DNA from: an uncultured virus (IMG/VR IMGVR_UViG_3300028597_000008)
Taxonomy: Duplodnaviria; Heunggongvirae; Uroviricota; Caudoviricetes
Length of the DNA stretch: 53,894 nt
Virus record (IMG/VR): IMGVR_UViG_3300028597_000008
Strand: one strand, 5' to 3'
The notes under the pieces are model-generated. The model was not told where the DNA came from. It did not search any database and saw only the letters and a list, made by a program, of their open reading frames with translations. This document shows, piece by piece, positions 18,191 through 27,016 of the stretch (position 1 is its first letter; each line of letters begins with the position of its first letter). Position numbers and translations under genes: made by a program.

Positions 18191-18586
18191 ATGACCGCGC
18201 AAATCTGGAAACCAACCAAAGCAGAAGCAGAACACATTCGCGCCGTTGCAAAAGCGAAAGTGTCCGGTCTGCGCAAAATCGAAGCGGGCATTCGTTGCAA
18301 TACGGTTTATGGTGGCGTTGGTCATTCGTTCAACATTGCACGTGTGACAAAAAGCCCGGATGATTACACGCTGGATACTGACCTGTTCGATTTTGCAACA
18401 TGGGCAGAATTCCGCAAAGGTGTAGAGCTTGGCGAGAACGGAAACGCCATCGTCGATTTCTACCTGCACAATCAATACGAACTCGACACCAACATCGTCG
18501 TTTATTACGAAGCTGGGCGAATTCAAAAAATCCTGTCTGTGAACGGTCACAACATCATGACCCTTGCTGGCATCCTGTCGGAGTAA
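18191..18586 (+). CDS. Hypothetical protein
   Basis: ATG after conserved leader. Confidence 0.75.
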   Translation: MTAQIWKPTKAEAEHIRAVAKAKVSGLRKIEAGIRCNTVYGGVGHSFNIARVTKSPDDYTLDTDLFDFATWAEFRKGVELGENGNAIVDFYLHNQYELDTNIVVYYEAGRIQKILSVNGHNIMTLAGILSE

Positions 18587-18593
18587 TGCAAAC

Positions 18594-18848
18594 GTGGACA
18601 AATTCGAAACTTACGTTGGTGAGGTGGCAGCGATCCTGAATCGCGAAATCAAGATGACCGATCCAATCGTCAACAACCTGTTGGCTGAATTCTTCGAAGT
18701 CGAATTGCGTTCCCCGCAAGACGCCGCCGAACAAATTCGCAATCTGGAAGAACTTGAGCGCCGCGAACGCGAAGGCTTTTCGCTCGATATCATTAACCGT
18801 CACGGCGTGCGTTCCACTATGCACTTTCCACCGTCGCGCAAACGTTGA
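18594..18848 (+). CDS. Hypothetical protein
   Basis: GGAG RBS, GTG start. Confidence 0.65.
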   Translation: MDKFETYVGEVAAILNREIKMTDPIVNNLLAEFFEVELRSPQDAAEQIRNLEELERREREGFSLDIINRHGVRSTMHFPPSRKR

Positions 18849-18855
18849 GGCAATC

Positions 18856-19113
18856 ATGCTCCTGAAAATTCTGCTGGGCCTTGTTTTGGTGTACCTGTCG
18901 TTCGGCGTTTACTTTACTGGCTTCGCTCTTTATTACATGGCGATCAATCGTTCTACGAATGAAGAGTATGCACACCAGTTCGATTCGTTCGCCGCGTACA
19001 GCTTCAAACTCAAAGTGGCGTCTGTTCTTCTGGCGATCTGGTACGGCGTTATTTGCTGGTTGCCAATCGCTGCCGGTTGGATGACACGCCCGACCAAATT
19101 CAAATTCCGTTGA
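18856..19113 (+). CDS. Membrane protein
   Basis: GAGG RBS; two hydrophobic segments. Confidence 0.7.
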   Translation: MLLKILLGLVLVYLSFGVYFTGFALYYMAINRSTNEEYAHQFDSFAAYSFKLKVASVLLAIWYGVICWLPIAAGWMTRPTKFKFR

Positions 19114-19124
19114 GATAAATTCTT

Positions 19125-19149
19125 CTGGCGATTCTAATAAAGTCGCCAG
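19125..19149 (+). repeat. Conserved intergenic hairpin H2
   Basis: CTGGCGATT-CTAATAA-AGTCGCCAG; flanks TGAGATAAAT and AACCACAACGCAA shared with H1. Confidence 0.85.
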
Positions 19150-19183
19150 TGTAATTAACCACAACGCAATGAGGACGTATCAA

Positions 19184-19927
19184 ATGGAACTGCATCACGA
19201 AAGCAACGGCAAGCAGTATGGCTTCGAAACCAAAGAAGTCGGCACCGGTTGGAACGGTGATACCGGTTTTCGTCACCGCGTGGTTTGCGAAGACGGGCGC
19301 CATTCGGGTTGGGCCGAATATACCCGCGTTTCGTTTCTGGATGACGTGGCGTGCATTTCCCCGTACTACCATGACACCAGCGACATGCGTTTGGTGACGG
19401 TTGCACAAGCGATGGCATTTATTGCCGTTGGTGAAGAAAAGCCGGAATCGGAAAGTGCAGAAGTAGACCTGCAAGAATTGTCGGAGATTCCAACGCACAT
19501 TTGGTTCCCCGGTAAATCGGTTGCGAAACGTGCACGTTCGCCTTTTGAAACGTGCTGGAAAGTTGCACCGCGTGAAAACGACGATGCGGGCACAATGACG
19601 TTCTGCGATTACGAAGGGAACGAATACTGCACCGTTTCCGGGTACGGCATTCCGAACGAACACGGTTCGATTGTTTTGCCGCTGTCTGAATACATTCTGG
19701 TTCTCGACACCGTGAATCAGGTTTGGGGAACTGGCCCTACCTTGGAAAAGGCAATCGGCGCCATGCCCAACAACATGGAAGACTTGCCGTTTACCTGTGC
19801 GGTCTACGTTTCCGACAAGCCTATGCGTGTAACCGAAAACGGCTGCATTCGTGGCACTGGCGATTCGGTTCCTGTGCAGGTACTCGCGAAAGAAGGCCGC
19901 AAGGTTAAGCCTGTGATGCCTAAGTAA
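19184..19927 (+). CDS. Hypothetical protein
   Basis: GAGGA RBS. Confidence 0.75.
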   Translation: MELHHESNGKQYGFETKEVGTGWNGDTGFRHRVVCEDGRHSGWAEYTRVSFLDDVACISPYYHDTSDMRLVTVAQAMAFIAVGEEKPESESAEVDLQELSEIPTHIWFPGKSVAKRARSPFETCWKVAPRENDDAGTMTFCDYEGNEYCTVSGYGIPNEHGSIVLPLSEYILVLDTVNQVWGTGPTLEKAIGAMPNNMEDLPFTCAVYVSDKPMRVTENGCIRGTGDSVPVQVLAKEGRKVKPVMPK

Positions 19928-19950
19928 CTGAAACAGCTAGATAAGCTTCC

Positions 19951-19980
19951 CTGTGCATTCGAATCCGTTTGAGTGCACAG
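19951..19980 (+). repeat. Conserved intergenic hairpin H3
   Basis: CTGTGCATTCGAA-TCCG-TTTGAGTGCACAG. Confidence 0.8.
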
Positions 19981-20070
19981 CGGGGCCAAACTGGCGGCAT
20001 GCCCGGTTTCCGCATGCCAAACCCGTTTCCCGGTTTCTGTAGACCATGCAAAAAAGTTTGTGCTGGCCTA

Positions 20071-20158
20071 TTGACTCTGATGCGCCTACAAGGCACTATG
20101 AATCCAGTTCGGGCAATTGTGCCTGACACAAAACTACTCACACCATAAAGGAAGTTGA
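20071..20158 (+). promoter_or_regulatory. Sigma70-type promoter plus conserved leader, copy 4
   Basis: TTGACT-17-CACTAT; CGGGCA-ATTG-TGCCTG; CTCACACCATAAAGGAAGTTGA. Confidence 0.8.
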
Positions 20159-20162
20159 CACC

Positions 20163-21332
20163 ATGACCACTACTACTCACACCGTTGCTGCTATGTTGGC
20201 TGTTGCTGTTGCCGCGCTGGAAACTCAAAACGCCGCGCACAAAAAAGAAACCGGCTCGCCGCTTTATGCACTGGGCACCGATTTGGGCAACGGCGTTAAG
20301 TTCCGCGAACTGAAAGCGTGGCTGAAAGATTTGAAAGCCAAGCAAAAAGAAGTCGCACCGGCTCCAAAAGCTGCCGAAGAAAAAGCACCGCGTACCCCGC
20401 GTGCAAAAGCTGCCGCTGCTGATACCAACGTCGGCAACGTTCGTGATCTGGAACTGAGCAAATCCAGCAACATCGAATCGGCTGTTTACAACCGCGACAC
20501 CAAAACCCTGCGCGTTACCTTCAAAAACGGTTCGGTGTACGATTACGCCAACGTCGGTATCCGCGAAGCCAACAACTTCGAAAAAGCCGAAAGCGCGGGC
20601 GTCTGGTTCAAAGAAAACATCAAGGGCCAGAAAGACACCACCAAAATCAAGGCCGCTGGCAAAACCGCTGACGCTGCACCGGCTCCAAAAGTAAAACCTG
20701 CTGCAAAAGCTGTCGAAGCAAAACCTGCTGCAAAACCTGCTGCAAAACCTGCTGCAAAAGCTGCACCGGCTGTTGAATACACCGCTTCGGAACTGCGTGG
20801 TTCGGAACTGCTGAACGGTCGCAAAGTCGAGTTGATCGCCAAAGTCGTGACCAACAAAACTACCGGCAACCGTGAAGTAATCACCGCGTCGGGCGCTCGT
20901 TACGAAATCGCCGCACTGCGCAAAAACAACCGTGGTCGTTTCGTGTTTGAAGAAACCGCCCCGGCCAAACCAGCGGCAAAGGCTGAAACTGTAAAGGACG
21001 CAAAAGCGACCGCTAAAGCCTCGGCAAAGGCTCCACGCGCCAACCGCAAAGCTGACCTGAACGATGACGCCAAAGAAGCGGCGAACAACGCTCGCAAATC
21101 GAAACCGCTGCCAGCAATGCCGAAATCGTCCGAAGTTCGCGGCCAGCAAGTGCGCGTAATCAAAGGCGCCAAGGACAAAATGGTTTTGATCGAACGCGTT
21201 GTTAACCGTGACGGCGTGCGCATGGCAATCACTGAAAACCGTTTCCCGCTTCCGTACGGCCAAATCATCGTCAACGACGGCGTGCTGACCTACACCGGCA
21301 AACTGACTGCCGAAGAGTTCCGCGCAGCCTAA
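20163..21332 (+). CDS. KTSC-domain protein with Ala/Lys/Pro-rich histone-like linkers
   Basis: SSNIESAVYNRDTKTLRVTFKNGSVYDYANV...AESAGVWFKENIKG (KTSC); KPAA repeats; strong codon bias. Confidence 0.85.
   Translation: MTTTTHTVAAMLAVAVAALETQNAAHKKETGSPLYALGTDLGNGVKFRELKAWLKDLKAKQKEVAPAPKAAEEKAPRTPRAKAAAADTNVGNVRDLELSKSSNIESAVYNRDTKTLRVTFKNGSVYDYANVGIREANNFEKAESAGVWFKENIKGQKDTTKIKAAGKTADAAPAPKVKPAAKAVEAKPAAKPAAKPAAKAAPAVEYTASELRGSELLNGRKVELIAKVVTNKTTGNREVITASGARYEIAALRKNNRGRFVFEETAPAKPAAKAETVKDAKATAKASAKAPRANRKADLNDDAKEAANNARKSKPLPAMPKSSEVRGQQVRVIKGAKDKMVLIERVVNRDGVRMAITENRFPLPYGQIIVNDGVLTYTGKLTAEEFRAA
20718..20759 (+). repeat. 12-bp coding tandem repeat (GCAAAACCTGCT)x3.5 encoding AKPA
   Basis: Direct reading. 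Confidence 0.9.
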
Positions 21333-21352
21333 CCAAACCGCTACACCTTCCA

Positions 21353-21388
21353 AACCCCCGGCGAAGAAATTCAAAGGGGGTTATTTTT
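21353..21388 (+). terminator. Probable Rho-independent terminator
   Basis: AACCCCC...GGGGGTT-ATTTTT. Confidence 0.65.
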
Positions 21389-21407
21389 GTATCTGGAGTA
21401 AAATTTT

Positions 21408-21758
21408 ATGTGCGTCGAAATGACAAAAAGTCCGATGGCTGTACACGTTCTGAGCGACGGCGCTGTTGTGACCGTCAACGGCGTGCGCATGGTGTTCACC
21501 GCAAATACAAAGTTCGGCGGACACGTTTATTTCACAACCGAAGATTCCGACATGGACGGTTTCGACAAACGCGATAGCGAAGAAATGTCGAAGCTGGACA
21601 AAAACGATCCGCACTATGATTTCATAGTGAAACATATGGGTGAGTGCTATTACGGCGAATACGTAAAGCATGTCCGTCCGTGTGAGAACGGCGCGTCATT
21701 ATTCACCCGCGAAGAATTCGCACAAATGTTTATCACCGGCGAATTTGTCATTGCCTAA
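21408..21758 (+). CDS. Hypothetical protein
   Basis: GGAG RBS. Confidence 0.75.
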   Translation: MCVEMTKSPMAVHVLSDGAVVTVNGVRMVFTANTKFGGHVYFTTEDSDMDGFDKRDSEEMSKLDKNDPHYDFIVKHMGECYYGEYVKHVRPCENGASLFTREEFAQMFITGEFVIA

Positions 21759-21776
21759 TTATTGAGGGATCAATTC

Positions 21777-22406
21777 ATGAAACCGCATTACATTCTATTC
21801 TCTAGCATCCTGCTATTTCTTCTAAGCACGGTGCTTGTCGGCTACTCTGTCTATTTACTGAAACAGGCGCGGGTCATTCTGCGCAAAGCTGACGCCAGTA
21901 CAGCGCGTGCAACGAAAGTTTTTCAAGAAGCGCAAAAACTGCGCAATGAAACTCGGATGGCTCAAGAAAACATCCGGCTCATGTTGCCCGCTGAAAATCT
22001 TGAACCTGTTCCCACGCTCGCAGAAATGCCTGTGCTGGAATTGGAAATGGTCGGCGCTGACGATTTCGAACTGGGCGAATTGCGCGTTGATCCAGAACCG
22101 GAACCGGACTACGAAAATTTCCAAGGTCTGCCGGTAAAAGAAAATACGCCAGCGGCTGTAATCGAATCGCTGCGCGCTCACGGTTTCATCGTGCGTTTCA
22201 ATATCCCAACCTTTGATGTGCAGATTGCATATCAGAAACCGGAAACCACGAACGAACCTGTGCGTGCCACGTACAAGCCACCAGCGGAAATTTTCCCGCT
22301 GAACAATTTGCACGAAGCGGGTAAAGCCGCGACTGCACTGTGGGCCGCAAAACAATTCGTGGCGCAATACAAATTCCCTGAGTTCCAAAACTACCCGTAT
22401 CTGTGA
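21777..22406 (+). CDS. Membrane-anchored hypothetical protein
   Basis: GAGGG RBS; N-terminal hydrophobic segment then coiled-coil-like stretch. Confidence 0.75.
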   Translation: MKPHYILFSSILLFLLSTVLVGYSVYLLKQARVILRKADASTARATKVFQEAQKLRNETRMAQENIRLMLPAENLEPVPTLAEMPVLELEMVGADDFELGELRVDPEPEPDYENFQGLPVKENTPAAVIESLRAHGFIVRFNIPTFDVQIAYQKPETTNEPVRATYKPPAEIFPLNNLHEAGKAATALWAAKQFVAQYKFPEFQNYPYL

Positions 22407-22414
22407 GGTGGGTT

Positions 22415-22627
22415 ATGCCCGGTAAAAAGTTTCTTGCGTACATCGTCGAATCCGAAGCGGGTTGGGGATCGAAGGTTGACGAAACCAAAGAATTCGACAC
22501 GAAAGCAGAGCGTGACGAATTTGTTCGCACCTACAACGAAAAGCACAATCCGAACTTGGGCAAGGAAGGTTTCCAAACCCCTAACTGGTACATGGTAGCG
22601 AAGGCCCCTTATGAAGAAGAAAACTAA
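22415..22627 (+). CDS. Hypothetical protein
   Basis: GAGGTG RBS; IVESEAGWG motif. Confidence 0.7.
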   Translation: MPGKKFLAYIVESEAGWGSKVDETKEFDTKAERDEFVRTYNEKHNPNLGKEGFQTPNWYMVAKAPYEEEN

Positions 22628-23156
22628 AAACGTTTGGACTGCCGAACACGAAGCCACAATGCTGGATATGCAGGCGTTGATTATTTCCGCCCGTAAAGCC
22701 GTCGAGTGGTTGTTGGTTGCGCAGCGTCACGAATGCGCGCCGGAATATCTGCAAACGCTGATGGCTCGCGAATATAAACGCAAGCTGCAACAAATGGCGA
22801 ATGTCAGCAAATGGTTGCAGAAACTTGGCGGTACGTTCCTGCAAGGTAAAGCGCACGAAGACGGCGAAGTTTATTCGTGGCACGGCACAATCGAAATGGA
22901 GGGCAATTATTATCTCTCCCTGACGTTCGGGCGTTACCACGGCGTTGACGGTTTCGACATTCCGCTCGGTTTGGAAATCACGCTGAATCACCGCCGCAAC
23001 AAAAAGACTGCTGCGCGTATGGCGGTGATGTGTGATCTGGATACTGTCGAAGACATGCGCGACATTAAGTACGCGTTCAAAAACGCTGTTACGCAAGTCA
23101 AAGAACAGTACAAAATCAACCCGCTGTATAAACTCACTGCAAAGGAATCTGCGTAA
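22611..23156 (+). CDS. Hypothetical protein
   Basis: Overlap tiling. Confidence 0.7.
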   Translation: MKKKTKNVWTAEHEATMLDMQALIISARKAVEWLLVAQRHECAPEYLQTLMAREYKRKLQQMANVSKWLQKLGGTFLQGKAHEDGEVYSWHGTIEMEGNYYLSLTFGRYHGVDGFDIPLGLEITLNHRRNKKTAARMAVMCDLDTVEDMRDIKYAFKNAVTQVKEQYKINPLYKLTAKESA

Positions 23157-23548
23157 TGCTGAGTCTCGTATTCTCCCTGTGCATCGGTGACGCACCGTGC
23201 AAAGAAAGTCGCGTAGCCGAGTTTTACGAAAGCGGCTATTCAACGCTGATGTGTGATGAAAACAAAATCAGCATGTCACGGGATTTGATCGGCCTGCCCG
23301 AAAATGCGCGCCGCTCTTCTTTCGAGTGCAAAGAAATGCCGACGTTCGTATCTGTGAAGTCGGAACCGGTTTCGGAACTGGTGTTTGAAGTTGTGACACC
23401 AAACGCCGAAACCAAAACACTGGCGAAGTTTTACGGCAGCGTTGGTGCACCGTTGTGCGCTCGCAATCGTGAACACTACGAACCGACATTGCAGAAAAGC
23501 GCCGAGTCATTAAAAGCGACGGCGAAAGTTTTCTGCAAGGAGGATTGA
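23156..23548 (+). CDS. Cys-containing hypothetical protein
   Basis: TAATG overlap; AAGGA RBS; internal repeat (AEFY...MC..N / AKFY...LC..N). Confidence 0.7.
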   Translation: MLSLVFSLCIGDAPCKESRVAEFYESGYSTLMCDENKISMSRDLIGLPENARRSSFECKEMPTFVSVKSEPVSELVFEVVTPNAETKTLAKFYGSVGAPLCARNREHYEPTLQKSAESLKATAKVFCKED

Positions 23549-23745
23549 TGGAAGAATGTATATCGACCACGCCATTTTATGTGGTGCTGTGTTTGATGAC
23601 GGTCGGTGCTGTCGCGATGGCTACATTAATTGTGATGCTGTCGCGCATGGTTGCCAAATCTGAAAAGCTGCGTATCGAAGCGGAATACGATTCGAAGCGT
23701 TACCAATCTGAACTGGAAGCGCTGCAAAGAAAATTCATGGGATAA
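23548..23745 (+). CDS. Small membrane protein
   Basis: GGAGGA RBS; one hydrophobic segment. Confidence 0.7.
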   Translation: MEECISTTPFYVVLCLMTVGAVAMATLIVMLSRMVAKSEKLRIEAEYDSKRYQSELEALQRKFMG

Positions 23746-23756
23746 GGAAGGTTCCA

Positions 23757-23921
23757 ATGCGGTTAGCTATCATAGGTGGTCTGGTTGTTTTCGTTGTTCT
23801 GCTGGTTTGCGGTTTCGCGTTGATCGTGTGGAACCACTACAGATTGAATCCCAAGCCAAAGCCAAAGCCTATGGCGCTGATCGAACTGAAACCGCACCCG
23901 CGTATAGACCTGCGCGTATAG
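23757..23921 (+). CDS. Small membrane protein (54 aa, not in ORF track)
   Basis: AAGGAAGG RBS; MRLAIIGGLVVFVVLLVCGFALIVW...PKPKPKP. Confidence 0.7.
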   Translation: MRLAIIGGLVVFVVLLVCGFALIVWNHYRLNPKPKPKPMALIELKPHPRIDLRV

Positions 23922-23930
23922 AAGCAAACC

Positions 23931-23976
23931 AAAGCCTGCCCGGTTCCCGTTCGTTTACGGGGCTGCGCGGGCTTTT
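23931..23976 (+). terminator. Probable terminator (long hairpin)
   Basis: AAAGCCTGC...CCCGT/ACGGG...GCGGGCTTTT. Confidence 0.6.
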
Positions 23977-23989
23977 GGTGTTTCTGCCG

Positions 23990-24078
23990 TTGACAACCTT
24001 TAGGCCGTATGGGAACATTCAATCACCGGGCCAAGTCGTGCCCGAAAGAAAAGTTCTCACACCGATAAGGAAAGTTCA
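23990..24078 (+). promoter_or_regulatory. Sigma70-type promoter plus conserved leader, copy 5
   Basis: TTGACA with weak -10 (AACATT, 18-bp spacer); CGGGC..GCCCG-AAAGAAAAGTTCTCACACCGATAAGGAAAGTTCA. Confidence 0.8.
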
Positions 24079-24080
24079 CC

Positions 24081-24230
24081 ATGGCATACGCAACCACTGC
24101 AAAACGCAAATCGGCCTTCGCTGCACCAAAGACCAATTCGTGGGATTGGGATAGCGCGATTCGCAAAGAAATCACCGAACGCGAAAAGGCAGTAACCGAA
24201 GCCGCTCGCCGTTTCCGCAAAACAATCTAA
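24081..24230 (+). CDS. Small basic protein (49 aa, not in ORF track)
   Basis: ATG after conserved leader; MAYATTAKRKSAFAAPKTNSWDWD...RRFRKTI. Confidence 0.75.
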   Translation: MAYATTAKRKSAFAAPKTNSWDWDSAIRKEITEREKAVTEAARRFRKTI

Positions 24231-24260
24231 CCTCAACCAAATTCGTAAGGATGTACCGCA

Positions 24261-24386
24261 ATGTTTAATCCAATTGTTGACCTGTGTGTTGTTCTCGCTT
24301 TCGGCGCTCTGTTGTCGATTCCGGTAATTATCGAATACCGCCGCAACAAAAACGCACCGAAGCCAACTGGCGCAACTAAAAACTGA
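24261..24386 (+). CDS. Small membrane protein (41 aa, not in ORF track)
   Basis: TAAGGA RBS; MFNPIVDLCVVLAFGALLSIPVIIEYRR. Confidence 0.65.
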   Translation: MFNPIVDLCVVLAFGALLSIPVIIEYRRNKNAPKPTGATKN

Positions 24387-24396
24387 GAGGTTCAAA

Positions 24397-24744
24397 ATGC
24401 ACACATATACAGTAACGCCGAAACGTACACACGCTGAACAAATGAACCACATGTTGGAAGACGCTCTGTCTTCTTACTACCTGCTCGTTTGTGCAGTGAA
24501 CGTTTTCCACCGTTTCGAAAGTCGCGACTACGACGAAGAAATCAATCAGGCCATCGCAAGCTACTTCCTGCGCAATGGTTCTGAAACTGTCGGGTTCGTG
24601 CACTTCGCGCAAAAAGATTGCGACCCGGTGCCGAATTTCGAAGTCGTCAAAGATAACCGCGTGATCGGCCAAGGTGCCGGTGTTGTAGCGTGGTGCAAAT
24701 TCTTGCAGGAACACAACCTTCTGGCCCCTTGGGTAGAGGTGTAA
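24397..24744 (+). CDS. Hypothetical protein
   Basis: GAGG RBS. Confidence 0.75.
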   Translation: MHTYTVTPKRTHAEQMNHMLEDALSSYYLLVCAVNVFHRFESRDYDEEINQAIASYFLRNGSETVGFVHFAQKDCDPVPNFEVVKDNRVIGQGAGVVAWCKFLQEHNLLAPWVEV

Positions 24745-24746
24745 AC

Positions 24747-24905
24747 ATGAACGTCAATGAAGCACGAATTCGCACAGAAAAAGAAGCGCGGGAATTTGCA
24801 GCGGTTCGCGTAAAGAACGGGTACGACATTGTGATTGTTGCGTACGATGATCGTCCCAAATATCTGCTAACGTGGCGGCGCCCGTGGTTGGTTATCTACG
24901 GGTAA
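24747..24905 (+). CDS. Small hypothetical protein
   Basis: GAGGTG RBS. Confidence 0.65.
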   Translation: MNVNEARIRTEKEAREFAAVRVKNGYDIVIVAYDDRPKYLLTWRRPWLVIYG

Positions 24906-24918
24906 CAGCTAGTTCATT

Positions 24919-24943
24919 ATGCGCATCTATAACCGGTGCGCAT
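24919..24943 (+). repeat. Conserved intergenic hairpin H4
   Basis: ATGCGCATC-TATAACC-GGTGCGCAT; outer GTTC/GAAC. Confidence 0.85.
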
Positions 24944-24974
24944 GCGGAACGAAACTGAATCAGGAGGCAACAAA

Positions 24975-25271
24975 ATGTTTGAAGACATGAACGTCATGGT
25001 TGGCCTCGACTACAAAGAGCCTGCACCAGACACGGATGTAATATTGCAGGTGGGCGACGATGAATCCTACGTTAAGTACAGCGTAATCTTTTCGCCTCAA
25101 AATGGTAACGTGTCGGCAGTCGTGGTTAGCGCTATTCGCAAACCTAATGTGGAGTCGTGGGAATTTCCATGGCACCAAAACAGCCAGACACACATAAACA
25201 AATGGGATAGCGAACCGCGCCGTCCCGTATCGAACGAACTAATCATCATTATCGCGGAGTCACGGAAATGA
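24975..25271 (+). CDS. Hypothetical protein
   Basis: AGGAGG RBS. Confidence 0.75.
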   Translation: MFEDMNVMVGLDYKEPAPDTDVILQVGDDESYVKYSVIFSPQNGNVSAVVVSAIRKPNVESWEFPWHQNSQTHINKWDSEPRRPVSNELIIIIAESRK

Positions 25272-25705
25272 AAGACGCACTTTTATCTGCAATTGGTTTT
25301 CTGCCTAACTGGTACATCGCCGCGTGCCTGCTCACCGGTTTGGTGATTCTCCCAATCATGGCAGTTATCTCGTGCCGCCCGCTGTTGCGCGGTTTGAGTT
25401 ACGGCCTGTGGGAAACGGTGATTTTCTACAAGGCGGGCGTTTCGTACTGGCGCGTTTTCAAACGCCTGATGACCGCCGCGTTTATCAACTTCCCATTTTG
25501 GGGCCTGTTCAATAGCACTACCAGTTCCATCACCAATAACGCTGGTGGCTGGTACGGCATCTTTAGCTGGCGCCTAGAGAAAAGTTTCACACGCGCTCGT
25601 TCGATTCGCGAAAGCAAAGAAGCCAAAGAAAAAGCCAACAACCCTGAGCCGGTAGAAGACGCCGACGAAGAACCTTTCGAATTTGATATGGACGACGACA
25701 AATGA
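25268..25705 (+). CDS. Membrane protein with acidic tail
   Basis: ATGA overlap; hydrophobic segments. Confidence 0.7.
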   Translation: MKDALLSAIGFLPNWYIAACLLTGLVILPIMAVISCRPLLRGLSYGLWETVIFYKAGVSYWRVFKRLMTAAFINFPFWGLFNSTTSSITNNAGGWYGIFSWRLEKSFTRARSIRESKEAKEKANNPEPVEDADEEPFEFDMDDDK

Positions 25706-26145
25706 TTTTTCTGGCCGCGTTGACCGAAGGTGAATTGACCCGCGATGATTTCTTGCGCTACGTCGGTTCGAATCCAGTGCATGCTTCAATTCGTTTTGAC
25801 GGCAAAATTGAACTGGCCGGTCAAAGCGTGCCAACTGGCAACATGAAACGTTTCATTTGGCGTATGCGTGACGATGCTGTCACCAGCAACGATATTGCGG
25901 TCGTGGTGATTTTTAACCAGACACGCGAAAAGCACAGTTTCAACGAATACCAGTTTGCCTATAATCGCCGACTGCCTGAAATCAATTCGTACATGGACAC
26001 GCTCAGAAGTGCGACAAGCACAAACGAGGTTGACCGGTACGAAACCGACGAAGGCAATCTGGTTTACATCCTGCGCAATTGCGACACAAGCGTGTTGAGT
26101 GAAGCATTCAGCAAGCACAGTCGCAAGACCATTCAGAAAGTGTAA
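25702..26145 (+). CDS. Hypothetical protein
   Basis: ATGA overlap. Confidence 0.7.
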   Translation: MIFLAALTEGELTRDDFLRYVGSNPVHASIRFDGKIELAGQSVPTGNMKRFIWRMRDDAVTSNDIAVVVIFNQTREKHSFNEYQFAYNRRLPEINSYMDTLRSATSTNEVDRYETDEGNLVYILRNCDTSVLSEAFSKHSRKTIQKV

Positions 26146-26154
26146 AGGTGACGT

Positions 26155-26379
26155 ATGTTCGACAAAGAAGAGTTAACCGAGGAACAAATCTGCTGGGCAT
26201 GGTTGGCGGATCATGAAAACGTCGCCAGCGCGTCTAGCGATTTTCACGTGTTCCGGGTGACGTGGTACGTTGACGGTTTCGGTCGCTGCGAAACAAAAGC
26301 ACCGACGTTGCTGGCCGCTGTTAAAAGCGCGATGACAACCACGTATAAGGGAACTGAATATTTTCCGGGGAAGGTGTAA
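26155..26379 (+). CDS. Hypothetical protein
   Basis: AAGGTG RBS. Confidence 0.7.
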   Translation: MFDKEELTEEQICWAWLADHENVASASSDFHVFRVTWYVDGFGRCETKAPTLLAAVKSAMTTTYKGTEYFPGKV

Positions 26380-26939
26380 TGAGCGCAAAACTTTACGGTT
26401 GGCTAACCAATCCCGAAAACGAAGTGGTGCCAAGCTACGATAGCAGCAAAGAGAAATATGTCGTGGAATGGCACACTGACCACGGACGCATTAGCGCCTG
26501 TGCCGAAACCCTCGATGGTGCAATTCGCAAAGCGTACGAAATCGCGAAAAACCCAAACCCGGAAGAACGTCGGCGCCTTGCGTATATGCCAACCGCAAAC
26601 ACGAGCAACACGGCGTGGTCTACTGGCAACCGAAACGGTAAATGGGGCTGGTACGGCTACGTTAAAATTCAAACGGAACTGGATGCGGAGGAAATTGATT
26701 TCACGCCGCCGAAATTACCGAAGGGTTGGAAATTCAACGAATTCGGCTCAAGCATTCGCCGCGCCAAGTGCAACAAGCGTATGGCCTATCTAGACCAGTG
26801 CGGCCATTCACAGTGGCGTTTTGGTTTCGAAGTTGTAGCCGACACAAAAGAAATCTGGATGGATGGCGACCGCGCAATCTTCAATGCGCTGTGCGAGTCC
26901 GTAGGTGAAGTAGAACGAGCGCATTTCATTATTGAGTGA
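26379..26939 (+). CDS. Hypothetical protein
   Basis: TAATG overlap. Confidence 0.75.
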   Translation: MSAKLYGWLTNPENEVVPSYDSSKEKYVVEWHTDHGRISACAETLDGAIRKAYEIAKNPNPEERRRLAYMPTANTSNTAWSTGNRNGKWGWYGYVKIQTELDAEEIDFTPPKLPKGWKFNEFGSSIRRAKCNKRMAYLDQCGHSQWRFGFEVVADTKEIWMDGDRAIFNALCESVGEVERAHFIIE

Positions 26940-26950
26940 GCATTACGTCT

Positions 26951-26970
26951 GCACATTCTTGCGAGTGTGC
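26951..26970 (+). repeat. Conserved intergenic hairpin H5
   Basis: GCACATTC-TTGC-GAGTGTGC; outer GCATT.CG/CGAATGC. Confidence 0.85.
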
Positions 26971-27016
26971 TTTCGAATGCAAAACCAAATCAACCATAGG
27001 TACAAGGAAAGATATC

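Noticed and set aside
19920..21374. 484-aa minus-strand ORF with FCSR repeats
   Set aside because: Reverse complement of the KPAA-repeat gene.
16161..24154. Recurrent peptide GQSVPERKVLT.IRKV in ORFs at 16161, 18088 and 23651
   Set aside because: Translation artefact of the non-coding leader repeat, not a protein family.
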